A DNA stretch of 64,000 bases from Clostridia bacterium (GTDB taxonomy: Bacteria > Bacillota > Clostridia > Oscillospirales > CAG-272). The notes under the pieces were generated by a model. The model was not told the DNA's origin, ran no database searches, and was given only the letters and a program-made list of their open reading frames with translations. The stretch spans positions 1,611-65,610 of the forward strand of contig JAFQFS010000176.1 in assembly GCA_017398585.1 (NCBI GenBank), read 5' to 3'. Each line of letters begins with the position of its first letter. The first letter of the stretch is position 1. Position numbers and translations under genes: made by a program. Below are positions 38,170 through 46,989 of this stretch, piece after piece.

Positions 38170-38260
38170 AAAGTGCAGTGCAGATTCCAAACAATCTGCA
38201 CTGCACTTTACCTGTCTATCCGGTTTAAAGATTTTTGAAGAGGGGTAAAAACTCACCCTC
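38170..38260. repeat. Shortened composite element (inner inverted repeat + degenerate A unit)
   Basis: AAAGTGCAGTGCAGATT-CCAAACA-AATCTGCACTGCACTTT (38170-38209), then AAAGATTTTTGAAGAGGGG with a degenerate hairpin. Confidence 0.7.
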
Positions 38261-39284
38261 TGTAATAATCCTCAACCGCCTTGTAGAATGCGTCTGCCGC
38301 TTCGAGATTTGCGTGAGCGGGGACGTCGCAGCCGGAGGAGGGGATGAAGTTCTTCCGGTGTCCGATTTTTTTCAGCAGATCCGCTGTTGCCGCGTAAGCC
38401 GCGTCCGCGTCGCCGCAGAAGATGCCGACGGGGTCAATGTTGCCCATGAACACCACGTCGTCCGGGATCTTTTCGGACATTCTCGGCAGGTCGATCGCGT
38501 TGCCGAAGTGGTATGCGTCCGCACCGAGGGTCAGGATATCCTCAATCTGCGCTTCCACGACGTTGCCGCAGTTGTGATAGATGAACGCGAAGTCATCGGT
38601 TTTGACTTCTTCAATGATCCGGCGGATGAACGGAATCGAGAACTGGACGTTGAACGCCGGGGAGATCAGACCCGCCGCCGGTTCCGCCATGACGATGCCG
38701 TCCGCACCGGCGGAACGCATGAGACGGATGTACTTCGTGATGAATGCCGCGCACTTTTCCACAGCCGCTTCGACCATTTCCGGTTCCGCATAGCAGTTGA
38801 CCATGATTTCGGTCATATCCATCAGACGTCCCGCGAGGGAGAACGGACCAATGACACCCGCGAAGACGGGACGGTCGGTGATCTGTTCCTTCGCAAGAGC
38901 GATCGCGCGGGCATAGGTGACGCAGCGTCCGCCGGTTCCGTCGACGGCGGCGTCAAGGGATTCCGGGAGATCCGGAACTTCGAGCGCTTCCACGTCGTCT
39001 TCGTCCTCAAGAATCGCACCGGTCACGCTCGGGACTTCGTCGTCCTTGAATACTACGGTCGAGCCGAACACTTCCGCTTCCACAGAAAGGTCCATCATCG
39101 AAACGGACGCCGCAGACGGAAAACGTTCCGCGATCTTGGCCATACCGCCGCCCTGATATTCGGATGCCTTGACGAGCTGTCCTACGTTGATGCCCATGAG
39201 CTGAACGCACGGGAAGGAGAGGATCGGCATTGCCTTTTTCGTTGCCGGATCCGCCTGACGTGCGAACCATTCACGTTTGTTCAT
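38253..39284 (-). CDS. Uroporphyrinogen decarboxylase (URO-D) family protein, MtaA/CmuA-like
   Basis: 343 aa with a GGAGG SD. The overall pattern matches the clostridial URO-D family from memory. Confidence 0.65.
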   Translation of the reverse strand: MNKREWFARQADPATKKAMPILSFPCVQLMGINVGQLVKASEYQGGGMAKIAERFPSAASVSMMDLSVEAEVFGSTVVFKDDEVPSVTGAILEDEDDVEALEVPDLPESLDAAVDGTGGRCVTYARAIALAKEQITDRPVFAGVIGPFSLAGRLMDMTEIMVNCYAEPEMVEAAVEKCAAFITKYIRLMRSAGADGIVMAEPAAGLISPAFNVQFSIPFIRRIIEEVKTDDFAFIYHNCGNVVEAQIEDILTLGADAYHFGNAIDLPRMSEKIPDDVVFMGNIDPVGIFCGDADAAYAATADLLKKIGHRKNFIPSSGCDVPAHANLEAADAFYKAVEDYYRG

Positions 39285-39365
39285 ATTGATACTACCTCCG
39301 CAGGTGGTTTTTTCTTTATTATACCTATTTGGTAGGTATATGTCAACAGGATTCGGAACGATTTT

Positions 39366-40193
39366 TTAATCGCTGTAAACAAACAGTGCCGCGCCTTCGA
39401 ACGTAAATCCGAGGGACTTTGCAAGTCCGACGGACGGTGCATTGTCCCGCGCCGCCTGATAGACCCATACACGGTCGGGCAGACGGGAGATTGCCGTGCG
39501 GACGAGAGCCTTTCCGATGCCGCGTCCGCGCCCGTCCGGGGAGACGAACAGATCACAGAAGAAACCGAGGTTCAGCTCGTCCTCCGCCGACCAGCTTGCG
39601 ATGCCGAGCAGTTTTCCGTGTTCGCTGTAACCGAGGAGACGGAAGCCCCGTTTTTCGTAAAAATCGAAATCCCAGTCGAAAAACGTCTCCGCTTCGCATT
39701 TGCCGAACCACGTGTCGTTTTCGAGAACGGCGGGATCGCACATCGCTTTGATTTCATCAAGGTCGTCCCGTGTCAGTTCGCGGATGTGCGGGTCGGGTTC
39801 GAACGCTTCCCCCATGCGGGTGAACTTGCGGAACCCGTAAAATTCGTTCAGTTTGTCCGAGAGCGCACCGTGGTGGAACAGCTGGATGTCGCGGGAATGT
39901 TTCGGATATTTTCCGATGTCGGCGTCGGAAATTTCCTTGAACGTCCGGCACGCCTGTGCAAAATCGCAGTCGCCGGAGACTTCGTGGATGCGGCACCAGA
40001 TGAGGAGCTTTTCCGGATCCCGGAAGGATTCGGTCAGGTCATACAGGACGGCGCATCCGTAGGTGAGATAGTATTTCGTTGTGGAATCGTCGCCGCCGTA
40101 CCAGTCATAATAGTTCCGGTAGACTTCGCAGTGCAGTGCCGGATAATGATCTTTCAGCAGGGACATGAATTCGCCGAAGGTGAGTTCTTTCAT
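39366..40193 (-). CDS. Two-domain GNAT acetyltransferase, tandem paralogue 3 of 3
   Basis: C-terminal GNAT motif FVSPDGRGRGIGKALV. The conserved N-terminal ~140-aa domain (HPALHCE..GCAV..HEVS..CDF) is shared with the two upstream genes. Confidence 0.8.
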   Translation of the reverse strand: MKELTFGEFMSLLKDHYPALHCEVYRNYYDWYGGDDSTTKYYLTYGCAVLYDLTESFRDPEKLLIWCRIHEVSGDCDFAQACRTFKEISDADIGKYPKHSRDIQLFHHGALSDKLNEFYGFRKFTRMGEAFEPDPHIRELTRDDLDEIKAMCDPAVLENDTWFGKCEAETFFDWDFDFYEKRGFRLLGYSEHGKLLGIASWSAEDELNLGFFCDLFVSPDGRGRGIGKALVRTAISRLPDRVWVYQAARDNAPSVGLAKSLGFTFEGAALFVYSD

Positions 40194-40226
40194 CAGATTC
40201 CCTCGTTTCTTGAAAAATTTCTGTTA

Positions 40227-41057
40227 TTAATCGCTGCAAACAAATAAGTTTGCTCCGTGGAATGTGAAACCGCAGGATTTCGCCAGAGCGATGGACGGCG
40301 CATTGTCGCGTGCTGCCTGATAATTCCAGAGCCGGTCGGGAACATTTCCGATCGCCGTGCGGACGAGCGCTTTTCCGATGCCGCGTCCGCGTCCTTCGGG
40401 GGAGACGAAAATATCGTGCAGCCAGGCGATGTTCAGTTCATCCTCCGCGGACCAGCTTGCCATACCGAGGAGCCTGCCGGTGTCGTCCCGGTAGCCGAGC
40501 AGTCGGATGCCTTCCGATTCGCACCAGTCGAAATCCCAGCCGAAAAAGCTGTCCGCTTCCCGTTTGCCGAACCATGTGTCGTTTTCAAGAACGGCGGGAT
40601 CGCACATTGCCTTGATTTCGTCAAAGTGTTCCCGGGTCAGTTCGATGACGTGAGGATCCGCTTCAAACGTTTCTCCCGTACACGTGCGGACGAATTTGCG
40701 GAACCCGTGGAATTCGTTCAGTTTGTCCGAGAGTTCACCGTGATGGATCAGAACGATGGAGCGGGTGAAATTTTCGTGTACAGCAGCGTCCGCGTCGGAG
40801 CGTTCCTTGATTTTCCGGCACGCCTCCGCGAAATCGCAGTTGTCCGAAACTTCGTGTACGTAGCAGTACATATAGAATTTATCGTCGTATTCGTAGGCAC
40901 TGTAAACGACGGCACAACCGCCTGAGGAATAGAATTCAGCGTCCAGTACCTCTTCCCCGAAGTACCAGTGACGGTAATTGGCGTACAATTCGCAGTGCAG
41001 CGCGGGGTGATATTCACGCAGAGCCTGCATGAATTCGTCGCGGGTGATTTTCTTCAT
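40227..41057 (-). CDS. Two-domain GNAT acetyltransferase, tandem paralogue 2 of 3
   Basis: The start at MKKITRDEF overlaps the upstream stop (ATGA). It is highly similar to 39366-40193. Confidence 0.8.
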   Translation of the reverse strand: MKKITRDEFMQALREYHPALHCELYANYRHWYFGEEVLDAEFYSSGGCAVVYSAYEYDDKFYMYCYVHEVSDNCDFAEACRKIKERSDADAAVHENFTRSIVLIHHGELSDKLNEFHGFRKFVRTCTGETFEADPHVIELTREHFDEIKAMCDPAVLENDTWFGKREADSFFGWDFDWCESEGIRLLGYRDDTGRLLGMASWSAEDELNIAWLHDIFVSPEGRGRGIGKALVRTAIGNVPDRLWNYQAARDNAPSIALAKSCGFTFHGANLFVCSD

Positions 41058-41875
41058 AACAATACCTCCAGTTTTGCACCGGCAGGGGTGAATCCGAGCG
41101 ATTCCGCCAGCGCGATTGAATGCGGATTGGCACGGTCGGACTGATATAGCCATTCCTTCTCCGGCGCCTGTGCCATTGCCGCACGGACGAGCGCTTTTCC
41201 GATGCCGCGTCCGCGTCCGTCCGGGGAGACGAAAATATCCCGCAGAACACAGCGGAGATTGAATATATCCTCGATCCCGTAACTGGCGATGCCGAGCAGG
41301 CGCCCGCCGTCAAAGTATCCGAGCAGCTTCACATAGCCGTCGGCGTATTCCCAGCTGCGGAAGCAGTTCCGGAAGGTGTTCGCCTCGCTTTGCCCGAACC
41401 ATGTGTCGTCCGGAAGGCTGGCGGGATCGCACAGAGCGTTGACGACGGCAGCATCCTTTTTCGTCAGCGGGCGGATGTGCGGATCCGCCGGAAAGGTTTC
41501 GCTGATGCGCGTGAAGCGGAACGTTCCCGGGAATTCCTCAAACGCGGGCGGGATTTCGCCCGCATGGCAGAGGGTGATCCGGCGTTCGCAGCGTGAAAAT
41601 TTCATCATTTCCACGGCAGTCATGGCTTCGCAGGTGTTGTATGCCGCGAGAACATCGCTGTCATCGGCGATTTCGTGGAGATTGCATTCGATGTAGTGTG
41701 TTCCGCGCCGGTCGGATTCGCAGTGGAAGACCGCGCATCCGTCGGTGAGATAACACCGGACGGGGCTGTCGGGACGGCGGTAGTTCAGCTTGTAGAGCAG
41801 ATAGGACTCGCAGTGAACCGCCGGATGATGGGTTTCCAGGAGCGCCAGCAGTTCGTTCAGCGTGATTTCTTTCAT
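41054..41875 (-). CDS. Two-domain GNAT acetyltransferase, tandem paralogue 1 of 3 (most divergent)
   Basis: Same architecture: HPAVHCE, then a C-terminal FVSPDGRGRGIGKALV. Confidence 0.8.
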   Translation of the reverse strand: MKEITLNELLALLETHHPAVHCESYLLYKLNYRRPDSPVRCYLTDGCAVFHCESDRRGTHYIECNLHEIADDSDVLAAYNTCEAMTAVEMMKFSRCERRITLCHAGEIPPAFEEFPGTFRFTRISETFPADPHIRPLTKKDAAVVNALCDPASLPDDTWFGQSEANTFRNCFRSWEYADGYVKLLGYFDGGRLLGIASYGIEDIFNLRCVLRDIFVSPDGRGRGIGKALVRAAMAQAPEKEWLYQSDRANPHSIALAESLGFTPAGAKLEVLL

Positions 41876-41910
41876 ACGGGGAAGTTCCTTCGTTTGTTGT
41901 TTCTGAAGTC

Positions 41911-41939
41911 AGTATAGTACAAACAGGAGCGTTTGTCAA
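41911..41939 (-). promoter_or_regulatory. Promoter for the GNAT triplet (TTGACA-17-TATACT on the minus strand)
   Basis: On the plus strand, TGTCAA lies at 41934-41939 and AGTATA at 41911-41916. Confidence 0.6.
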
Positions 41940-41984
41940 GCGGAAGCGCCGAACCGGACGTCCGGCGGAATTTACGCGGAAGAC

Positions 41985-42013
41985 TTGAATTTTCCGCATT
42001 TATGGCATATAAT
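41985..42013 (+). promoter_or_regulatory. Divergent promoter (TTGAAT-17-TATAAT)
   Basis: -35 at 41985-41990 and -10 at 42008-42013. Confidence 0.55.
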
Positions 42014-42055
42014 TGATACAGAATTGTTCTATTTTTTGAAATACCGGAGTACATC

Positions 42056-43093
42056 ATGCCAATCAGCCATTACTACGTCACGCCGGATGACGGTACCACC
42101 CGTCTGCACGTCTGCCGCGTCACACCGGAGGGCACGCCCCGCTTTGCCGTGCAGATCGTTCACGGCATCGCCGAGCGGCTCGAACGCTATACCGAACTGC
42201 TTGAATACATCGCATCCTGCGGCGGCATCGCCGTCATTCACGATCTTCGCGGCCACGGACGTTCTGTCCCGAATTCCCGTCTGCTCGGTCACTGCGGTGA
42301 CCTCTATGATACCTTTCGTACCGATATTGACGCCGTGTATTGGTCCATCAACGAAAATCCGGCGGAAGGTGAGGTCGTTGCACCCCGTCTGCCGGAAAAA
42401 TATGAAGTTCATCCTCTGCCGCGCTACCTGCTCGGGTTCAGCATGGGCAGCCTGATCGCCGGTCTGTACGCAGCCGAATCGTCCGCGGGTCTCGCGGGGC
42501 TCATTCTTGCGGGACTGCCGCGCCGTCAGCCGATCGTTTCGTTCGGCGTGTTCGGGCTGGAATTCCTGAGCTTTTTCTGCGGCGAACGCGCAAAACCGAT
42601 GTGGCTCCACCGGCTTGCGTTCAGTAACTATAACCGTCAGTTTACGCCCGAACCGGAGTCCGACGGGCAGTTCCTGTGGCTTTCGAACGACATCGCGAAC
42701 CGCGAGGCGTTCAGAGACGACCCGCTCTGCAACCGTCCGAAGTCGCTCGGCATGTACATCACTCTGCTGAAGTTTGTGCGCGACATGTACCGCCCCGCGT
42801 CGTGGAACATGGACCGCCGCGATCTTCCGGTTTTCGTCGCCGCCGGAGAATTCGACCCCGTGACGGGCGGTGAAAAATGGCGGAAGGACGCCGTGAAGTT
42901 CCTCGCGGACATGGGCTATACCGACATCCGGACGAAGGTATACGGCGGCTTCCGCCACGAAATCTACCACGATACCGGACACGAAGTCCCGTTTGCGGAT
43001 CTCATTGCCTTTGTGGAAGATACAATGGAAGCGGAACATGCGCGGAAACAGGCGAAACAGGACGAATACCAGAATCAGTTTCCCCAGAGCTGA
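42056..43093 (+). CDS. Alpha/beta hydrolase (lysophospholipase/monoacylglycerol lipase-like)
   Basis: HG oxyanion motif (VHGIAE), nucleophile elbow GFSMGS and a C-terminal His context. Confidence 0.75.
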   Translation: MPISHYYVTPDDGTTRLHVCRVTPEGTPRFAVQIVHGIAERLERYTELLEYIASCGGIAVIHDLRGHGRSVPNSRLLGHCGDLYDTFRTDIDAVYWSINENPAEGEVVAPRLPEKYEVHPLPRYLLGFSMGSLIAGLYAAESSAGLAGLILAGLPRRQPIVSFGVFGLEFLSFFCGERAKPMWLHRLAFSNYNRQFTPEPESDGQFLWLSNDIANREAFRDDPLCNRPKSLGMYITLLKFVRDMYRPASWNMDRRDLPVFVAAGEFDPVTGGEKWRKDAVKFLADMGYTDIRTKVYGGFRHEIYHDTGHEVPFADLIAFVEDTMEAEHARKQAKQDEYQNQFPQS

Positions 43094-45052
43094 TCAGCCG
43101 AACATGTCCGGTTTTCCGAAGTTGTTGTAGACTTCCTCGAACCAGTTGTCCGTCACGGGAACCGGACGGACATTCTCGAACGCGCAGGACGCGCTGACCT
43201 CTCCGTCTTTTTCGGAGAGGCAGGTGCGCAGGACTTTGTTCCGGTGCGCCGTGTCGATTTCCGGACGTCCTTTGATAAGGTACGATCCGCGTGAACTTCC
43301 GCCGTCGTCCGCGTAGGCGAGCATGGCCGACAGAACGGCGTACCGGGTGACGAGCGTGTCGTAATTGATGGAAAGTTCCACGAGCGCGGCATGGTCCGCG
43401 GCACCGTGAACATCGAAGAATTCCGCGATTTCAAGGGCAGTCTTGTCCCGCAGAACGGTGATCTCGTCCGGCGAACGGAGAAACGCGGCACAGCGGTCAT
43501 GCAGTTTTGCGTCACGTGCACGTTCTGCGAGAACGGCGGCACGGTCCTGCTTCGGACGGTCACCGGTCAGCAGAAGGGAATAATCATTCATACAGCGGAC
43601 GATCTGCTCCATCCGTACGGCGGACAGCGGATCGTCGGTTTTTTTGTCTCCCGCGAGTGCACATGCACGTTCCGCCGCGCGATACGATCCGACCTGCGTG
43701 GAGTTGAGTGCGGATCCGCCCGGACGCTTGATTCCGAACACGCCGCCGCATTCGCCGACCGGATAGAAATCACGCAGGGCGGGGTTTTCGTACCAGATCG
43801 TGTTCTCGAGACCGCCGTTCATGTGCTGCGCCGCGACGTGGATCTCGAGCATTTCCGTCTCAAGGTCAACGCCATGGTCGAGGCAGACGCCGTAGGCGCG
43901 TTCGTTGATTGCGCGCAGACGTCTGACCGGCGTATCGAGCAGAGCGCCCGAGTTGGCGAGGTAATCGTACACCTCGTCTCCGAGGTTTTCGCGGGTCAGT
44001 GCGATGCCGTCGAGGGCGGAGGGATTGCGGCGGAAATCGAGATAGACGCGGCGTCCTGCCATGGTTTCGTTGTACACGGCGATGTCCACGAGAGAAGAAC
44101 CTTTGCCGGGAGCGAGCTTGTCCGGGTCGAACGGCCACTGATACCCCTTCCGGAAGACGGCGGGAATGCTGTCTGCAGGAGGGAAGGTGTCGTATAAAAA
44201 TTCACGCTCGTTGCCGTCCGCATCCACGGAGACATAGCGCGGGATCGCCTGCTGGAACGAGCCGGACAGGTTCCAGCGGAACGGCACGGACGCGATGCCG
44301 TACTGCGATTCGGTCAGATTCACGGCGGAGGCACCGGCGAGAAGCGGCGCGCCGAGGGAACAGTTCTGACTTTCGGGGTAGACGGAGCTGTAATAGAGCG
44401 CGGACGGACCGCCCGTCGCCCAGATGACCGCGTCGGAGAGAAAGACGGTCAGCCCCGCCGGATTGCCGTCCGTGACTTCGCCTGCGGACAGACAGACAAC
44501 CCCGCATGCGTGCCCGTTTTCGGTCAGCACATGAACGGCGCGGTAACCGTCGTACAGCGGAATTTCAGCGGAAAGGCATTCTTTTTCCAGAGCTTCCGTC
44601 ATATATTTGGAGGTGTAGGGACCGCAGGACGTCGCGCGGCCGCGTTCGTCGTGGTCGGTTTTGTAACCGGGGTACTCGCCGTACGTGTCGTGCGGGAAGG
44701 GAACACCGAGTGCGACCAGTCCGAAAAATGCGCGCAGGGAACCGGCAGCTTCGGTCAGGGCAAGATCGCCGTGCATGGAACCGGCGGCTATGTAGTCCTT
44801 CGCCATTTCGGCGGCGCAGTCGCTTTTGAAGGCGGAGGTGGACTGCTTGTAGTAGGTCTGCTTGTCCGAGCCGGTGTTGCGGGACGTACCCATGAGGCGT
44901 CCTTCGGTGATGATCGCCGCTTCTCCTCCGAGACGGTGTGCGGTCAAAGCTGCGTTGTACGCGGCGGCACCGCTTCCGATGACGGCAATGCTGCAGGAAT
45001 AGACGGGGATACGGGCTTCCGCGGCGGTGAGAATTGTTTTACTCGTTGTCAT
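43094..45052 (-). CDS. FAD-binding oxidoreductase (fumarate reductase/succinate dehydrogenase flavoprotein-like superfamily)
   Basis: N-terminal dinucleotide-binding motif VIGSGAAA. 652 aa with an AAGGAG SD. Confidence 0.7.
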   Translation of the reverse strand: MTTSKTILTAAEARIPVYSCSIAVIGSGAAAYNAALTAHRLGGEAAIITEGRLMGTSRNTGSDKQTYYKQSTSAFKSDCAAEMAKDYIAAGSMHGDLALTEAAGSLRAFFGLVALGVPFPHDTYGEYPGYKTDHDERGRATSCGPYTSKYMTEALEKECLSAEIPLYDGYRAVHVLTENGHACGVVCLSAGEVTDGNPAGLTVFLSDAVIWATGGPSALYYSSVYPESQNCSLGAPLLAGASAVNLTESQYGIASVPFRWNLSGSFQQAIPRYVSVDADGNEREFLYDTFPPADSIPAVFRKGYQWPFDPDKLAPGKGSSLVDIAVYNETMAGRRVYLDFRRNPSALDGIALTRENLGDEVYDYLANSGALLDTPVRRLRAINERAYGVCLDHGVDLETEMLEIHVAAQHMNGGLENTIWYENPALRDFYPVGECGGVFGIKRPGGSALNSTQVGSYRAAERACALAGDKKTDDPLSAVRMEQIVRCMNDYSLLLTGDRPKQDRAAVLAERARDAKLHDRCAAFLRSPDEITVLRDKTALEIAEFFDVHGAADHAALVELSINYDTLVTRYAVLSAMLAYADDGGSSRGSYLIKGRPEIDTAHRNKVLRTCLSEKDGEVSASCAFENVRPVPVTDNWFEEVYNNFGKPDMFG

Positions 45053-45284
45053 TTCTGTCGGGCTCCTTTTCAGTCAGCGAATCCAGCCGTTCGAGGATTT
45101 CTTCCGTATTACGGAGAATTTTCGCGACGGCGTACAGGATGTAGGAAAAACAAAATACGGTCAGCAGTACGGCGATGCCGGACAGGACGGATTCAAAAAA
45201 GAGGATCACGCCGAAAATGATCCCGAGAATAAATATGATATCCGCGATCATTTCGAGGCGGTAGGGCGTTGTTTTGAACGGCAT
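45039..45284 (-). CDS. Small membrane protein (2 TM) overlapping the start of the FAD-oxidoreductase gene
   Basis: The start at MPFKTTPY has an AAAGGA SD. It overlaps the downstream gene by 14 nt. Confidence 0.5.
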   Translation of the reverse strand: MPFKTTPYRLEMIADIIFILGIIFGVILFFESVLSGIAVLLTVFCFSYILYAVAKILRNTEEILERLDSLTEKEPDRNDNE

Positions 45285-45318
45285 TTCGCAGAATCCTTTC
45301 TGTTTTTTTATTATGTTG

Positions 45319-45347
45319 ATTATAGCATATCGGCTGTGAAATAGCAA
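45319..45347 (-). promoter_or_regulatory. Promoter (TTGCTA-17-TATAAT on the minus strand)
   Basis: On the plus strand, TAGCAA lies at 45342-45347 and ATTATA at 45319-45324. Confidence 0.55.
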
Positions 45348-45398
45348 GAGAAGATGTCTATAGCTGTAAAATTAAAGGAAATTTAAAGAATAAAGATA

Positions 45399-45427
45399 TT
45401 GACAGAAATGCTCGCATGTTGTATAAT
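45399..45427 (+). promoter_or_regulatory. Promoter (TTGACA-17-TATAAT)
   Basis: -35 at 45399-45404 and -10 at 45422-45427. Confidence 0.65.
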
Positions 45428-45468
45428 TATCGTGTATATCAAAAATTTGGATTTTTATGGAGGCAACC

Positions 45469-46716
45469 ATGAAAAAAAGCGTAAAACGTCTTTCTGCATT
45501 TCTTGCAGTTCTGATGATGAGTTCGGCATTTGCGGCTTCCGCTTCTGCGATTGACACTTCTTTCATTAAGGTAAAGAACACCAATGCGGCTGTTGTTGAC
45601 GAAGCGGTGGAAACCGAAGAAAAAGTCGCGGCGGAAGCTCCCGTAAACAAGACCGCCCTTCTCAAGGACAGCGGCTGGGTAAAGACCGACGCCGGCATTC
45701 TGGAAGAAGATGACGACGACGCGATCTACATCGGCGGAGCAAAGAACAGCCTGGTAAAGAAGCCCGGCGTGATTAAGGTTTCCAAGAATGAAAAGCCCCT
45801 GATCGTCAACGGCGGCAAGTATTATTCCAAGAAGGATGCGGAAAAGGAACTTGAAAAGTACTTCAAGGAACACACCTATACGTACTACATGTACAAGGGT
45901 GACGAACGCACCTTCTGCGACGGCGCGTACTTCGTAAGCACCGACAGCGATGTTGTTTATTACGACTACGAAGAAGACCGTCTCGTTGCAAAGGATTCCG
46001 GCAATGCGTACGTATATGTATACACCAAGGGCGGTGTTCCGTTCTTCCGCATTGACGTGAACGTCATCAACAAGCTCGGCAACACTTATTCCACCCTCGA
46101 CCTCATTCCGGACGAATGGCAGCTTGACGGCGCCGGCGATACCACCGGTTTCACCGTTGTAACCAACAAGGATTATGATGCGGATGATTTCTACTTCACC
46201 ATCGCGCACGGCAATGACATCGCTTCCATCACCAAGTCCGGCAAGCTGAAGGTTACCGGTACCGGTCCGATCGTTGTACGTGTGGCTCTCAAGGCCAACG
46301 CAAACATCTGCGGCGAAGCTCTTCTGTACTCCGGCGAATACGTATCTTCCTTCTATGACGGCTACTACTCTTACTCCGGCAACAAGTATGTGACCAACTA
46401 CTGGGGTCCTGACTATGATATCGCCGACATCCGTGACTGCTACATCAAGGGCTGGATCAAGTCTCAGGAAGGCATCTTCATTCCCGTTCTGAAGAAGTCC
46501 GACGTTGTGATTGACGGCAAGGAAACAACGATCGTACATTACGACAGAGTAAGCATCGCAGACCTTCTCCGTGAAGCGTACGGCGACAAGGCAGACCTTT
46601 ATGAAATCATTGCAAAGTACAATCTCTTCAAGGACAAGGATTACCTGAAGGATCTCATCACCTACGATGATTTCGACTATGTCAAGTACATCCTTTCCCA
46701 GATGATCGAAGACTGA
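45469..46716 (+). CDS. Secreted hypothetical protein (signal peptide; possible Ig-like repeats)
   Basis: Signal peptide MKKSVKRLSAFLAVLMMSSAFAASASA and a GGAGG SD. Confidence 0.7.
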   Translation: MKKSVKRLSAFLAVLMMSSAFAASASAIDTSFIKVKNTNAAVVDEAVETEEKVAAEAPVNKTALLKDSGWVKTDAGILEEDDDDAIYIGGAKNSLVKKPGVIKVSKNEKPLIVNGGKYYSKKDAEKELEKYFKEHTYTYYMYKGDERTFCDGAYFVSTDSDVVYYDYEEDRLVAKDSGNAYVYVYTKGGVPFFRIDVNVINKLGNTYSTLDLIPDEWQLDGAGDTTGFTVVTNKDYDADDFYFTIAHGNDIASITKSGKLKVTGTGPIVVRVALKANANICGEALLYSGEYVSSFYDGYYSYSGNKYVTNYWGPDYDIADIRDCYIKGWIKSQEGIFIPVLKKSDVVIDGKETTIVHYDRVSIADLLREAYGDKADLYEIIAKYNLFKDKDYLKDLITYDDFDYVKYILSQMIED

Positions 46717-46756
46717 GATCATCAATGATCGAAGACTGATTGAAATACAGAATTTC

Positions 46757-46980
46757 GTGGGGAAAACTTTTTTGAAAAAAAGTTTTCCCCACACCCTTTT
46801 CAAAAAACTTTATCCTGTGTAAACAGACAAAAAAAGTGCAGATTTGAAGTTACAAAACGGCCCTCCGGCTTACAGAAATTTTGTTCCTTCAGATTTGCAC
46901 TTTCTTTGTCGTTCTTTTTTGTTCAAAAGTTTTTGAGGTGGGGTTCGGGGAGGGACTTTTTTCAAAAAGTCCCTCCCCGA
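46757..46980. repeat. Full composite palindromic element (B unit + inner inverted repeat + A unit)
   Basis: B unit at 46757-46812. Inner inverted repeat AAAGTGCAGATTTGAAG..CTTCAGATTTGCACTTT (46833-46901). A unit at 46925-46980 with the compensated stem GGGGAGGGAC/GTCCCTCCCC. Confidence 0.9.
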
Positions 46981-46989
46981 TAATCTTTT

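Noticed and set aside
36577-38256. 559-aa minus-strand ORF
   Set aside because: It is a shadow of the beta-helix protein gene (36730-38163), which has an SD, translational coupling and an N-terminal family motif.
42029-43039. 336-aa minus-strand ORF
   Set aside because: It is antisense to the alpha/beta hydrolase gene, which has a promoter, an SD and a GxSxG motif.
45439-46803. 454-aa minus-strand ORF
   Set aside because: It is a shadow of the secreted-protein gene. The plus-strand ORF has a promoter, an SD and a signal peptide.
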